NCBI RefSeq assembly: GCF_006345805.1
Contig: NC_043005.1
Span: 72,540,001-72,604,000, forward strand
Source: Octopus sinensis
Taxonomy: Eukaryota
Length of the DNA stretch: 64,000 nt
Direction: 5' to 3'
The position numbers and the translations under genes are program-made. This document shows, piece after piece, positions 38,078-51,166 of the stretch. Numbering within the stretch: position 1 is the stretch's first letter; the number at the start of each line of letters is the position of its first letter. The notes beneath the pieces were generated by a model. The model did no database searches, was not told the origin of the DNA, and saw only the letters and a program-made list of their open reading frames with translations.

Positions 38078-39454
38078 ACACACACAAACTACACACACAC
38101 ACATATATATATAAAAATGTATGTATCTTCCTAGACAAGCTGGATGACCACATTTCACTCCTATGTTCCATTTCATATACATGAGCATGCATATGTGTCT
38201 CTTTTGTGTGTGTGTGTGTGTGCTTGTCCCCCCCACACACACACACATGCACACACATATTGTCTTACAACAGGTATTCATTTGTTTACATCCTCATAAC
38301 TTAGCACTCTGACACAGGAGATTGATAAAATAATTACCAGGCTTTGAAACAAGTAAGTGCTAGGGTCAGTTTGTTTGACCGAACCCATCTAGGTACTGCT
38401 CCAGCTTGGCTACTGTCTAATGACAGAAAAAAGTAAGAAATGAAAAATACCTAATAAGTTAGTCTCTGTGCTAGAAATAGGAGTTGTGTCTCCCTCAGAT
38501 ACTAATCTAATGCAGTGCTTTCAAAAGAGTGTGTTGTGACACTTTACTGTTGCTTAAATGTGTGTCATGACGGTTTACTGAGCCACCTTGTGGTGTATCA
38601 TGAAATAAAATCGATTTTGTTCAATTTTTATGAATACTTGGCTGTGAAGTATGTGTGATATCTGACAACTCTGTGTGTAATTAGACAACTGACTGGTGAC
38701 ACCTGATATGATATTTAATTGCTAATGAAACTTAATTAATGTGCCATGAATGTGAATAACTTGAAAAGTTCTTGAATATTGTCATAACGATTTTTATACT
38801 AACTAGACTAAGACCACATCTAGGGAGTGAGAAACTCTAGGAAGAACAGCAGAAGGTCTTCAGAAAAGAATCTACACCATTCATACAAGTGTTTTAACCC
38901 TTACATTCTTTACACTCTAAAGGGGCCAGGCTGTATCCAAGTTATGACTCCTGGGTACTCTTCTGCTGCTTCACTCTGTGCAATTATTTGCATTGCAACC
39001 TTCCTGAATGATTCGGCTACTTGAGACCCAAGGTTCTTTGCATGTTGTAACCAGTTGGTCTTAGGGTAATTTATGCCTTTGAAATTCACTTCTATTTCAC
39101 TTTGGCTAGATCCAACTGGAATTCTTCTTCTCTGCTTCTGCTATTACCTTTGTCCTAGAAACTGCGAGCCACTTTATGACAATGTTACAAGATCTCCCAT
39201 TTTTGACACAACTGTTTGCATAAATGTATGTTTGAAATGTAGAACCATGGTATTTGCTATTGTGTGCAGACTATGAACAGAAAGACAATGTTTGTTACAC
39301 ATTTGTTAGGTTTTGTGTTATGTAAGGTGTTGATGCTGCATTTTTAGCATGCTTTGGTTCATGTGACCTTGATTTGCAAGCAGGAACAACCTTAGAAAGA
39401 CAAGATGAACATTGCAAGGGATTATATATAATAATTATATATATATATATATAT

Positions 39455-39594
39455 AAGGTTGTCCCAAAAGTTCGTAGAAAGTCTTGGAAAATAATAGTCT
39501 TTATTTTGAGGAATAATTTTTGTTGTTTTTGTTAGTACTTGGCGAGTAAAACTTCAATTTTCGCAAGTGTTTACGAACTTTTGGGACAACCTAA
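39455..39594. mobile_element. Tc1/mariner-type MITE (~140 bp)
   Basis: Perfect 21-bp TIR AGGTTGTCCCAAAAGTTCGTA / TACGAACTTTTGGGACAACCT inside a TA run. Identical duplicate at 40776-40915. Confidence 0.85.
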
Positions 39595-39794
39595 TATATA
39601 TATATATAATTTAAAATAATAAGGGTGAAAAATTGAATATTAATTACATTAATATCAATTTATAACCAGTAATTTAGCATATAGAGAACATTCCTTTCTT
39701 AGTGAAAAGACCATAGGGAGTTGACTTCTAGCATAATGGATGTCCACTGAGTGGTCATCCTTCTTATATGTATATATATATGTAGGTATGTATG

Positions 39795-39825
<31 letters not shown>

Positions 39826-40162
39826 ATATAAGGATAAACAGCTTGTTAATGATTTTTATCAATTAGTCAGCATGCTATAAATATTTATAGGCAATTAATA
39901 CATTAAATTAATAATAATGTACATATGTATATAATAATATCAAGTGAGATTGGGTGAGAACGACCTTTCTCCAGCATGCTTGAAGTGCCGATACCTTCAA
40001 AAACTACCAAAAACTCTAGCTAAAATATACATGTGGCTGAAATCGGGCTAGTGAGAGAAAATGAAAAAAGACCTCATGTTAATATATATAAATGTATGTA
40101 TATGTGTATATATACATATATAAATATACATATGTATATGTATCTACATATACACATATGTA

Positions 40163-40335
40163 GATGGTGTGCTGGAAAGTTCCTGGCTTTAGGTAAAAGA
40201 AAGTACAGGAGAATTGGTTCATTATGATTTTATTTAACATAGTCCTCTCTCAGATTCACACACTTATTGCAGCAGTCCTTCAGTTTTTCTAAGCCCTGTA
40301 AAAGAACTCAGAAGGTTGGGCCTCCAGACAGGCAT
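40163..40335 (-). mobile_element. mariner 3' end remnant (duplicate at about 41478-41650)
   Basis: LEAQPSEFFLQGLEKLKDCCNKCVNLREDYVK* (mariner C-terminal KCVxxxGDYVE motif) followed by a TIR-like aaagccaggaactttccagcac. Confidence 0.75.
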
Positions 40336-41724
40336 TTTGCAATATCTTTAAAACCACAGTTTGCAAAAGTCACAGAATGAATCAGATGCTGAGAGTCTCA
40401 TCAATTGGCATTTCTCAAACTGGTTTCAAACAACGGGGTCATAAATATATATTCTGGTGAACATGGCATTTCTATGGATTGTTCTGGAACAGTTATAATG
40501 CCATGCGGTTACTCTTTTACTCTTTTACTCTTTTACTTGTTTCAGTCATTTGACTGCGGCTATGCTGGAGCACTGCCTTTAGTCAAAACAAATCGACCCC
40601 AGGGCTTATTCCTTGTAAGCCTAGTACTTATTCTATCAGTCTCTTTTGCCGAACCGCTAAGTTACGGGGATGTAAACATACCAGCATTGGTTGTCAAGTG
40701 ATGTTGGGGGACAAACACAGACGCACAAACATACACACACACACACGCATATATATATATAATATATATATATATAAGGTTGTCCCAAAAGTTCGTAGAA
40801 AGTCTTGGAAAATAATAGTCTTTATTTTGAGGAATAATTTTTGTTGTTTTTGTTAGTACTTGGCGAGTAAAACTTCAATTTTCGCAAGTGTTTACGAACT
40901 TTTGGGACAACCTAATATATATATATATATAATTTAAAATAATAAGGGTGAAAAATTGAATATTAATTACATTAATATCAATTTATAACCAGTAATTTAG
41001 CATATAGAGAACATTCCTTTCTTAGTGAAAAGACCATAGGGAGTTGACTTCTAGCATAATGGATGTCCACTGAGTGGTCATCCTTCTTATATGTATATAT
41101 ATATGTAGGTATGTATGTATATATATATATATATAAAAGAATATAAGGATAAACAGCTTGTTAATGATTTTTATCAATTAGTCAGCATGCTATAAATATT
41201 TATAGGCAATTAATACATTAAATTAATAATAATGTACATATGTATATAATAATATCAAGTGAGATTGGGTGAGAACGACCTTTCTCCAGCATGCTTGAAG
41301 TGCCGATACCTTCAAAAACTACCAAAAACTCTAGCTAAAATATACATGTGGCTGAAATCGGGCTAGTGAGAGAAAATGAAAAAAGACCTCATGTTAATAT
41401 ATATAAATGTATGTATATGTGTATATATACATATATAAATATACATATGTATATGTATCTACATATACACATATGTAGATGGTGTACTGGAAAGTTCCTG
41501 GCTTTAGGTAAAAGAAAGTACAGGAGAATTGGTTCATTATGATTTTATTTAACATAGTCCTCTCTCAGATTCACACACTTATTGCAGCAGTCCTTCAGTT
41601 TTTCTAAGCCCTGTAAAAGAACTCAGAAGGTTGGGCTTCCAGACAGGCATTTTGCAATATCTTTAAAACCACAGTTTGCAAAAGTCACAGAATGAATCAG
41701 ATGCTGAGAGTCTCATCAATTGGC

Positions 41725-42500
41725 ATTTCTCAAACTGGTTTCAAACAACGGGGTCATAAATATATATTCTGGTGAACATGGCATTTCTATGGATTGTTCT
41801 GGAACAGTTATAATGCCATGCGGTTACTCTTTTACTCTTTTACTCTTTTACTTGTTTCAGTCATTTGACTGCGGCTATGCTGGAGCACTGCCTTTAGTCA
41901 AAACAAATCGACCCCAGGGCTTATTCCTTGTAAGCCTAGTACTTATTCTATCAGTCTCTTTTGCCGAACCGCTAAGTTACGGGGATGTAAACATACCAGC
42001 ATTGGTTGTCAAGTGATGTTGGGGGACAAACACAGACGCACAAACATACACACACACACACGCATATATATATATATATATATACATATATACGACGGGC
42101 TTCTTTAAGTTTCCGTCTACCAAATCCACTCACAAGGCTTTGGTCAGCCCGAGGCTATAGTAGAAGACACTTGCCCAAGGTGCCATACAGTGGGACTGAA
42201 CCCAGAACCATGTGGTTGGTAAGGAAGCTACTTACCACACAGCCACTCCTTGCACATTTTTCAACTGGTATGGCTGTTAAGCCATTCAATAAATAAATAA
42301 ATAAATAAATAAACAACAAAAATTTAAAGATATATGCATACTTGCACACATAATAGAGTTCAGGCAAGCCATTTCAAGAATATGGATTACCCACATGATA
42401 CTGTAATTGTTTTTATAATGTTTCCCAAAACAATCCAGGGAAATGCCATTATCACCTGTATATAAATTTGTGACCCTTTTATTTGAAATCAATTAGATAA
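41725..42500. mobile_element. Old long-TIR (fold-back/MITE) element hosting the family C SINE
   Basis: 41725-41815 (ggtttcaaacaacggggtcataaatat..ggtgaacatggcatttctatggattgttc) is a diverged reverse complement of about 42410-42500. Confidence 0.6.
41822..42251 (-). mobile_element. SINE family C, full length and young
   Basis: Head aggagtggctgtgtggtaagtagcttcc..., internal TA/CA run, and tail ...gcatagccgcagtcaaatgactgaaacaagtaaaagagtaaaagagta. Confidence 0.9.
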
Positions 42501-42615
42501 GTACCAGTGCATAAACTCTTGGCCCTTGGGTCACTTTGTAACTTCTGCCAATTATCAATAATAAAAAAGTGTATATACTCATGCTTTGAACACTTTTTGT
42601 GATTGCATCACCGCA

Positions 42616-42731
<116 letters not shown>

Positions 42732-43922
42732 CATATATATATATCAGAAGGTTTGGAGGTGATGTACAAATGACATTAAATGATGATGAGGATGATGATG
42801 ATGACATATATATATATGTCATTATCATAATTATTTTGTCTGTCTTTACTCTCTGAGTTCAAATTCTGCCATGGTCAAACTTTGTCTTTCATCTTTTTGT
42901 GGTCAATAAGACAAATACCAGTTAATCCCTGGGGTTGATGAAATCGACTTACACTCCCCAAAACTGCTGGCCTAGTGCAAAAATTTGAAACATATATATG
43001 TCTACTACTATAATCTCAGGCCGACCAAAGCCTTGTGAGTAGATTTGGTAAAGAGAAACTGAAAGAAGCCCATCGTATATGTATGTGTGCGTGTTTTTTA
43101 TGTCTGTGTTTGTCCTCCCACCATCACTTGGCAACCGATGTTGGTGTGTTTATGTCCCCATCACTTAGTGGTTCAGCAAAAGAGACCGATAGAATAAGTT
43201 CTAGGCTTACGATGAATAAGTCTTGGGGTCAATTTTGTTTGACTAAAGGAAGTGCTCCAGCATAGCCACAGTCAAATGACTGAAACAAATAGAAGAATAT
43301 GGCTTGAATTACATATATGTATGAATGCATGTATGGATGGATGTCAGCGTAGAATAAGGGCACTAAATAATGATGATGATTGGAGATATGCCGTATACGA
43401 TGGTTGATGAAGAAGGTTTAATTGGAAAGGTAGAAAATAAATACAGGTTAAACAGCAAATCCTTTGATAAAATCTTGACTAAAATGTTATCAAAGAACTA
43501 CTGTCATGGTAGTCTGATTTCGTTTTACAGACAAACACAAAAATACGCAATCAGAAGCATAACATCAGGCTGGAATGTTTCCAAAACTTAATCAGATTTT
43601 GAATTAACGAAGGCACTTCAGTTTTAATTCTAGTCAGCAATTCCACTAAACTTTAAAACTATTCTAATGATTTTCTCACAACAAATTAGTATCACCAAGT
43701 TGAAGTTGGCAACAGCATAGCTTGGTCTCTTTTAAAGAAGACATCTTTACAAAGAAGGGAAATATTTCATAATAAATATTTTAAGTGCAGGCTTGGCTGT
43801 GTGGTTAAGAAGCTTACATTGTAACCATGTGGTTTTGGGTTCAATTCCATTGTGTCACACTTTGGACAAGTGTCTTCTACTATTGCCCTTGGCCAACTAA
43901 TGTATATATATAGAGAGATATA

Positions 43923-44270
43923 TCATTGCTATTATGCAAAAGTGTCATAAGTCCAAAACGTTGCTCTTTCAGAAAATGCAAAAATAGTTTCAGAATTCCA
44001 TTTCTTTTTACATTAGCAGCAGTTTCAGCTTAACAATAATACTTTGTTGGGTGCATAAAATCGTAAATCCATGCATGTATGATATTTTCAGTCAGAAATA
44101 TTTTTGCAAAACGGTCGTATGTGGGGCTTACTGCACTTTTGAAATGCTAAACTGCTGTACTACACTTTGACAATTTTCATCTGAAGCAGCTGGAGATACG
44201 ATAGTTTGACCATGAAAAAAACGCATTCGGTCAAATTTGGCCATATGACATTTTAACATAATAGCAAAGA
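43923..44270. mobile_element. MITE with ~35-bp imperfect TIRs
   Basis: tcattgctattatgcaaaagtgtcataagtccaaa versus the reverse complement of the right end, tctttgctattatgttaaaatgtcatatggccaaa. TA-rich flanks. Confidence 0.65.
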
Positions 44271-44995
44271 CATAATTATATATATATATACACACAGGAT
44301 GTCCATGAATTGTCTTTACAATTTGAAAAATTCAATAAAGTATGAAAAATAAGGGTAACTTAGTAAAAATTATTGGAGGTCATAGACAAATAAGTAAAGT
44401 TTTATCCAAATCGTCAGAACTCTGGAACATAGGCTCCATTTGTTGCATGTAAGTTTAATAGATACAATAATTTGTAGAAGGCATAAAAAAGATTTAAGAA
44501 CACTCTATATATACGTGTGTGAGTTTGTGTGTGTGTGTGTCCCCCTTTGTGTTTATCCCCCTTTGTGTTTATCCCCTTTGTGTTTAGTTGTTCAGCAAAA
44601 GAGAATGATGTAATAAGAACCTGACTTAAAAAGTATAAGTTCTGGAGTTGATTTGTTTTGACTACACCCTTCAAGGTGGTCTCATAGCATGGCCAAAGTC
44701 CAGTGAGTAGAACAACTAAACGATAAAACAAAATATTTTGGTGTGGGAAGAAAGAAAGAAGAAAAAATTCTACAAAAAAATCTCTAGAATGATTAGAATA
44801 AATTGTATAGAGTTAAATATGAAACTAGAATAATAATTGTTTATATAATGCATAGAGCTTGGCAGAAAGAAACTGCTAGAATAAGTGCCAGGATTTAAGA
44901 AAATAAGTACCGGGGTTAATTTTTTGGCTAAACCCTTCAAAGTAGTGCTCCAGCATGGCTGCAACATAATGACTGAAACAAGCAAAACTAATAGT

Positions 44996-45369
44996 AACAA
45001 AAGCACTTAGAGAGTGCAAACCTCCACCAAGGCAACACCAACGTCCTCTCAATAATTAGCTGGAGATGATTTTTAAAATGAGAATATTTGAAATAAACTC
45101 GACTGCTCTCACAAATGAGAATACTAAAAATGAACCTGACCGCTCTCAAAAATTAAGTAAAAAAGCAAGAAAATAATCCAGAATCCTTGTCTGGCACCAG
45201 CTGGATCCCAAAATCTAATCAATTCGTACCAGTCATGAGGCCAAACACTCCTGGAAGTTTCATCTGAATCCATCCTGTAGTTCTTGAGATATCTTGTCCA
45301 TGGACAAATAAACAAACAAACAAAAACGACTGTAAAACAATACCTCCGCCTCCGCTAAGGTAGAGGTAA
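44996..45369 (+). mobile_element. Helentron-associated (HINE-like) non-autonomous element
   Basis: 5' aacaaaagcacttagagagtgcaaacctccaccaagg, internal acaaacaaac run, and 3' hairpin TACCTCCGCC..GGTAGAGGTA. Confidence 0.6.
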
Positions 45370-45379
45370 TAATGATAAT

Positions 45380-45800
45380 ATCTCTAATGTCATCCAATTC
45401 CTTCATCTGAAGGCAAATTTCAGTTGTTTGTATATTAAATAGAAGATTAGAAGAAGAGGGCTTATTGAGTGAAGGGAGAACAAAGGTCTGCAAATGACTA
45501 CCACGCAAACAGTGCAGAAGAACCACTTGAACATTCCATAATGGAATTAGGTTTTACTTGTGTTGAATGTGAAGAGAAGAATGCATACCAAATCAGGATA
45601 ATACGTCAAGGAGGTGTTAGAAGAAATGCAGTTACATGGACAGTTCCACAGAGATATGGAAAATGAGAAAAGTTATGACACAACATAGGAGTGATTCAAG
45701 TGTTGAGATTTGTGAGAAAGTGAAAGTTTGTGCTTGCTGAAGATCAAGCTCTAAACACTAGTTCAGTGGATAAAAGTATTAATTCCACTGTTTCAACAAA
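45380..45800 (+). mobile_element. R4/Dong-like LINE fragment
   Basis: EEMQLHGQFHRDME...AEDQALNTSSVDKSI, matching the LHGQF and AAQDQALNT motifs of R4-clade ORFs. Confidence 0.7.
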
Positions 45801-46000
45801 CAAGTGATGCCTATGTAATTAGTGAGTAAAAAAATATCGTGTATATTGAGTGGTATGCAACAAAATTTTAGCTAAGAAAAAATACAAGGGCTGTCTTAAT
45901 AAAGTTTGTCTCAGTTTACCCAGGTCACTTTGTAAAATATATAAATAGACGCAGGAGTGGCTGTGTGGTAAGAAGCATGCTTCCCAAACACAAACTTTAC

Positions 46001-46672
46001 TGCAGTAGAAACCATGAGAGAAACTCTCATATAGGCTTTTGACGAGACCAAGGGAGGTAAAAACCCATGATCCAGAGGTCTTGGTGCTGGAGTTGGTGGG
46101 GATTTATCTCCCCATTATGGATATAAACAAGCATGCACTTTGCACCAAAATACTATATGAGAGTTTCTTATTTCTCTACTGTCCACAAGGGGCTACACAC
46201 AGAGGGGACAAACAAGAACAGACAAACGGATTAAGTCAATTGTATTAACCCCAGTGCATAACTGGTACTTAATTTATCGACCCTGAAAGGATGAAAGGCA
46301 AAGTTGATCTCTGCAGAATTTGAACTCAGAATGTAACGGCAAACAAAATACCTATTTCTTTACTACCCACAAGGGGCTAAACACAGAGAGGACAAACAAG
46401 GACAGACAAATGGATTAAATCGATTATATCAACCCCAGTGTGTAACTGGTACTTATTTAATCGACCCCAAAAGGATAAAAAGCAAAGTCAACTTCGGCAG
46501 AATTTGAACTCAGAACGTAACGGCAGACGAAATACCACTAAGCATTTCGCCCGGTGTGCTAATGTTTCTGCCAGCTTGTCACCTATATGAGAGTTTCTAT
46601 CATGGTATCTCTATCATGGTTTCTATCATGGTAACTCTCTATATGAGAGTTTCTGTCATGGTATCTACTGCA
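46001..46672. mobile_element. MITE with 34-bp TIRs, invaded by a family B dimer
   Basis: 46001-46034 is the reverse complement of 46639-46672 with 2 mismatches. Confidence 0.7.
46169..46582 (-). mobile_element. SINE family B dimer with 16-bp TSD
   Basis: TSD ctatatgagagtttct at 46153-46168 and 46583-46598. Confidence 0.88.
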
Positions 46673-46739
46673 CAAAACTTTGTTCTAATAAAACACCCAT
46701 GTTTAAGTGGGTTTAAATATATATATTTATATATTTAAT

Positions 46740-47142
46740 ACTAGCAGTATTGGCCGGCGTTGCTCGGGCTTGTAAGGGAAATAACTATATAAGCATTTTT
46801 AGAGAGTTATAGCCAAAAAATAGCAAAAAATGCATTAGAAATGGAAAAAAAATTATGGTAATTTTTTTTTTAAATCGTTGAATCATCGTAGACATTTTTA
46901 GAGAGTTACTTCCCTTATATAATAGCGAAAAAAATGCATTAAAATGGAAAAAAAATTTGGTAAATTTTTTTTTAAATTGTAGACTCATCGTAGACGCGTG
47001 CTAATACCCAGAAGGGCTCAATATGAATCACGACTATAAGATACCCGGTTTTGGTTAAACTGCACCGCAAAATGTGGGAGTAGTTAGGAATCTAAATTGT
47101 AGGAGACAGACAGCACACAACCTCACTTTTATATATAAAGAT
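46740..47142 (+). mobile_element. HINE/DINE-1-like element with an internal ~105-bp tandem duplication
   Basis: Starts ACTAGCAGTATTGGCCGGCGTTGCTCGGG and ends acagacagcacacaacctcacttttatatataaagat. atttttagagagtta...aaatgcatta..aatggaaaaaaaa...catcgtagac occurs twice. Confidence 0.6.
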
Positions 47143-47696
47143 ATATACTTAATATTGTTATAAGCAATCAGTCATTACACAGCATTTAAAATTCAGTTGA
47201 CAGTATGCTTATTTGGAAACAAAATTGGCTTTACGCATATTTAAAAAATGTTTTCTTTTCTTTTTTCCTCTTAGTATGAAGGGTTTCACAGCAAAATGTG
47301 TGCATTACATGTTAACAAATATAACTAAGTAAAACCTTGTCCTAGTAACTTGTTAGGTTCCTAACAAGTGTTTTGAAACTTCTAGCTTGTATGCTAATTG
47401 TCATTAATGTGATTTCAAATTCAATTCACCATTTTAAAGAAATTAAATTTTCATTAATCATTTTCTGTTATCTCCTTCATTCTGTGTGTGTGTGCAGCAT
47501 AATTAAGATAGCTTCCAGACAAATAACACATGCAGGTGGAGCTTGTATGTGCTTTGTGGCTTTTCAATATTTGAAGACAGATATATAAAATAGCAAAATC
47601 ATGTTAGAAAATTAGTTTGCTGGAAAAATAGTAATAGACTTGATGTAATCTCGACAATTAGGCAACATATTGTTTCTCTCTCACTCAGTCAATAAA

Positions 47697-47713
47697 TGTA
47701 TGTATGTATGTAC

Positions 47714-47744
<31 letters not shown>

Positions 47745-47905
47745 TGTATGTATGTATGTATGTATGTATGTATGTAGGTTTGTATGTATGTATGTATGTA
47801 TGTATGTATGTATGTATGTAGGTTTGTATGTATGTTTGTATGTATGTATGTTTGTATGTATGTATGTATATATGTATGTATGTAGGTTTGTATGTATGTA
47901 TGTAC
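47697..47905. repeat. (TATG)n microsatellite
   Basis: Read directly. Confidence 0.95.
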
Positions 47906-47912
47906 ATAATTT

Positions 47913-48926
47913 ATAGTCAGTCCACCTGTGCATACCTTCCTTCCTTCTTGTGACACTTGTGAAGACCGGTTGAGGCAAGTGAAAATCAAATCAAATCAAA
48001 TCAAAATAGACAAAATAGATGAACATCAATGGAATTTGTATCTTGTGGCACACAAGAAATCCATCAGTGCCGTAGTCAGTGCGGTGGGCACATGACAAAC
48101 ACCATCCGATCGTGGCCGTTCGCCAGCCTCATCTAGCACCTGTGTCGGTGGCACATAAAAACACCATCCGAAGACCCGGCAAGACTAGTCAGGCCATAAC
48201 CCATGGCCCCTACCTGGGACGTAGTCAGTCCACCTGTGCATACCTTCCTTCTTGTGACACTTGTGAAGACCTGTTGAGGCAAGTGAAAATCAAATCAAAA
48301 CAAATCAAAATAGATGAACATCAATGGAATTTGTATCTTTGTGTTACCAGTGCCGGTGGCACGTGGCACATAAGAAAACCATCCGAACGTGGCCGTAGCC
48401 AGTACCGCATCGACTGGCCTCCGTGCTGTGGGCACGTAACAAGCACCATCCGATCGTGGCCGTTTGCCAGCCTCATCTGGCACCTGTGTCGGTGGCACAT
48501 AAAAACACCATCCGAGCGTGGCCGTCTGCCAGCCTCGTCTGGCACCTGTGTCGGTGGCACATAAAAAACACCATCCGAGCGTGGCCGTCTGCCAGCCTCG
48601 TCTGGCACCTGTGTCGGTGGCACATAAAAAACACCATCCGAGCGTGGCCGTCTGCCAGCCTCGTCTGGCACCGTGTCGGTGGCACATAAAAAAACCATCC
48701 GAGCGTGGCCGTTTGTCAGCCTCGTCTGGCACCTGTGTCGGTGGCACATAAAATCACCCACTACACTCTCGGAGTGGTTGGCGTTAGGAAGGGCATCCAG
48801 CTGTAGAAACACTGCCAGATCTGACTGGATGGTGCAGCTTTCGGGCTCCCCAGACCCCAGTTGAACCGTCCAACCCATGCTAGCATGGAAAGCGGACGTT
48901 AAATGATGATGATGATGATGATGATA
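47913..48926 (+). mobile_element. Composite family A SINE with duplicated 5' segment and expanded 62-63 bp minisatellite
   Basis: 47913-48055 is repeated at 48222-48340. About five near-identical gtcggtggcacataaaaa(a)caccatccgagcgtggccgtctgccagcctcgtctggcacctgt units at 48424-48760. Standard tail and (GAT)n. Confidence 0.9.
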
Positions 48927-49337
48927 TTAACCAAAAATAATCTTAGAAAAATAAAACCAATTGGCCAATGGGATTTACACAAACGGCAGAGACAAATACA
49001 GGTATATCAAATACTATACATCATAAACTCTTGATTCGTTAACGCTATCTCCACCTTGAGAGGATGTCATAATTACCAAATGGCAATTATGAGCTGCTCA
49101 ATATGAGTAGAGGAGACAAGCTCAAGAATCAAGTATTTTCAGGAATTAATATTCCATTAAGAAAAAGGACATGTTTATTTTGGCAATAAGGGGACAATTG
49201 TTGACATATGTTTCTCCCTCAATAGGTGTTATCAACATGAAATTTGTCCTAACCTTTCTCCAGCAGCCAAGGGACATGTATACATACATACATACATACA
49301 TATATATATATATATTATATAATATATATATATATAT

Positions 49338-49531
49338 CAGGGGCATATAATCCGGGTATGTTAGGTGTGCAGTGCACACCCATTAAAAATGGCAAATTCA
49401 TTATAAATATTAACCTTACTCATTAATTTATTCACAAATCTTAATGGAAAACTTTTGTTATACCTCTGCTTGAAATTTGGTGGCATTGAGTGTAACAACA
49501 CACCCAGTACAACAACCACCATATGCCACTG
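49338..49531. mobile_element. hAT-type MITE
   Basis: CAGGGGCATAT ... ATATGCCACTG termini. The 8-bp flanks atatatat / ctatatat match 7 of 8. Confidence 0.6.
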
Positions 49532-51166
49532 CTATATATATATATATATATTTATTGACTTCATTTGTTTGTTTTATATCCATTATTACATGCTTGCATA
49601 AGTTAGACAAATACAGCTCAATACCCTTTTTGTTGCTAACTCTCACTTCTTTTTAAGTTGGGAATTTTTTTTTTTTTATGTTAAGTACAAAGCTAGAGGA
49701 CAGTTTGATAACAAGGAATGTCAATAAATGACACTTTTTAGCACAGCACTTTCATACGAAGATGCAGAATGTAAAACATTTGCAGTTACAATGAAAAAAA
49801 ACATGCAGTAAATGCTGTTAAACACAATGAAATAACAATACTTCATGACCAGATGTGGGTGGTGAACATCTGTATGTGTTTGTTTAATTTCATTGACTGA
49901 AGCCACCAACATTGACAACTACTTGTGGGTTTCTCGTGTAGAAAACAAAATCAAATATGTTTGTTGGTTGCCTTACGAAAATAAAATTCAAAACAAAAAC
50001 AAGCAATCCTAATAGCAGGCATCACAAATTTCATTTTGGTCTTTTATTTGCGCAAACATCAAAAGAATTAAAATGAGAGCTTACTTTACTTAAGGCAAGG
50101 AGAATTATTCTTCAACAATAGAAAAGAAGTAACCTTATATCCAAACTAAGAACAAGGATAAATAGAAGAAGAAAAAATTGCAAAATAGGGAAAGAATAGA
50201 GGAGGGTGTTAGAGGCAGACTGATATTAACATGAATTCTTTTGTGCTCAAAGTTCATAGATTTACTTTTGATTCATAAAATAGGGGCAATAGTTACAGGT
50301 TTATATGGTATGAATTACCTACATTAAATGCTGGATCAAGGCAAGTACTTTATTGAACCTAGCTAGAGAAAGCCATTTGATCAGGTAATCTTGTTGCTAG
50401 TGTTCTTCTTTGCTTATAGACTGTTCGTAACTTATGGCATGGAACACATATCCTTTCAAGTGGCTAAACAGAAGTGCAAAACACAACGAACATCAGTAAA
50501 CAAAAATTATATGTTTAGCAAAAAGGCAAACAGGATACATACTAGCAGACTCGTCTCTTATCTTTGTATGCAGCAATGTATGGCTTTACTGACCTCACTG
50601 ACTTTTAAGTGGTAGATGGGCAGCTGTAACATGGCATGGAAATGTAGTCATTGTATACATAACTTTATATCATTGCATAAGGGGGTACTATCACTATGGA
50701 CCTGATGCTTTCTCGCTTCATATCCTTAATGGCCCTTTCTACTACACAATAGTCAACCTTAGTAGCTGGTCTCTTTGTTGGTCACGAGTTTACCCTTCTT
50801 TTCCCAATATATTCTTACTTAACAATTGTTCGTTTATTAATCTAGCTGGTCTGACATTATTTCTAATCAATCTAAACATCTTAAATTAATTAAAATCTAT
50901 CTTTTGCATATATGTCATATTACTAATAATGTTGGGGTTTTCTATTGGCTATGGGTTTTATTTTATTTTTCTATATTTAATTCTTTTGAATTCAGTAAAT
51001 ATATTTATCCGATAACATGCTAAGAAAATAACCTCTATTTCTCTGCCTCCTCTCCCGTCACTATCATTATCAGACTACACTTTTAGCAAACACATTTTTT
51101 TACTTACTATGTGTGCTTAATTCGTTGATAGCCTGTTATATAATCTTTGGTATAATGTCTTTGCAG

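Larger units (their letters stand above)
39440..42075. repeat. Direct tandem duplication, two ~1.32-kb units (about 39440-40760 and 40761-42075)
   Basis: ORF-track duplicates are offset by exactly 1315. The differences I saw are gtgctgg/gtactgg, gggcctcc/gggcttcc and TA/CA run lengths. Confidence 0.95.

Noticed and set aside
38540-39420. Moderately GC-rich non-repetitive stretch, possibly a TE coding remnant
   Set aside because: All frames are broken and I could not recognise a motif, so it is left unassigned.
40405-42016. Duplicated 98-aa ORF with hydrophobic stretches
   Set aside because: It spans a fold-back TIR and the antisense family C SINE tail. It appears twice only because of the tandem duplication.
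48079-48878. Overlapping 60-185 aa ORFs on both strands
   Set aside because: They arise from the GC-rich, stop-poor 62-63 bp SINE minisatellite. The peptides are repetitive and have no domain signature.
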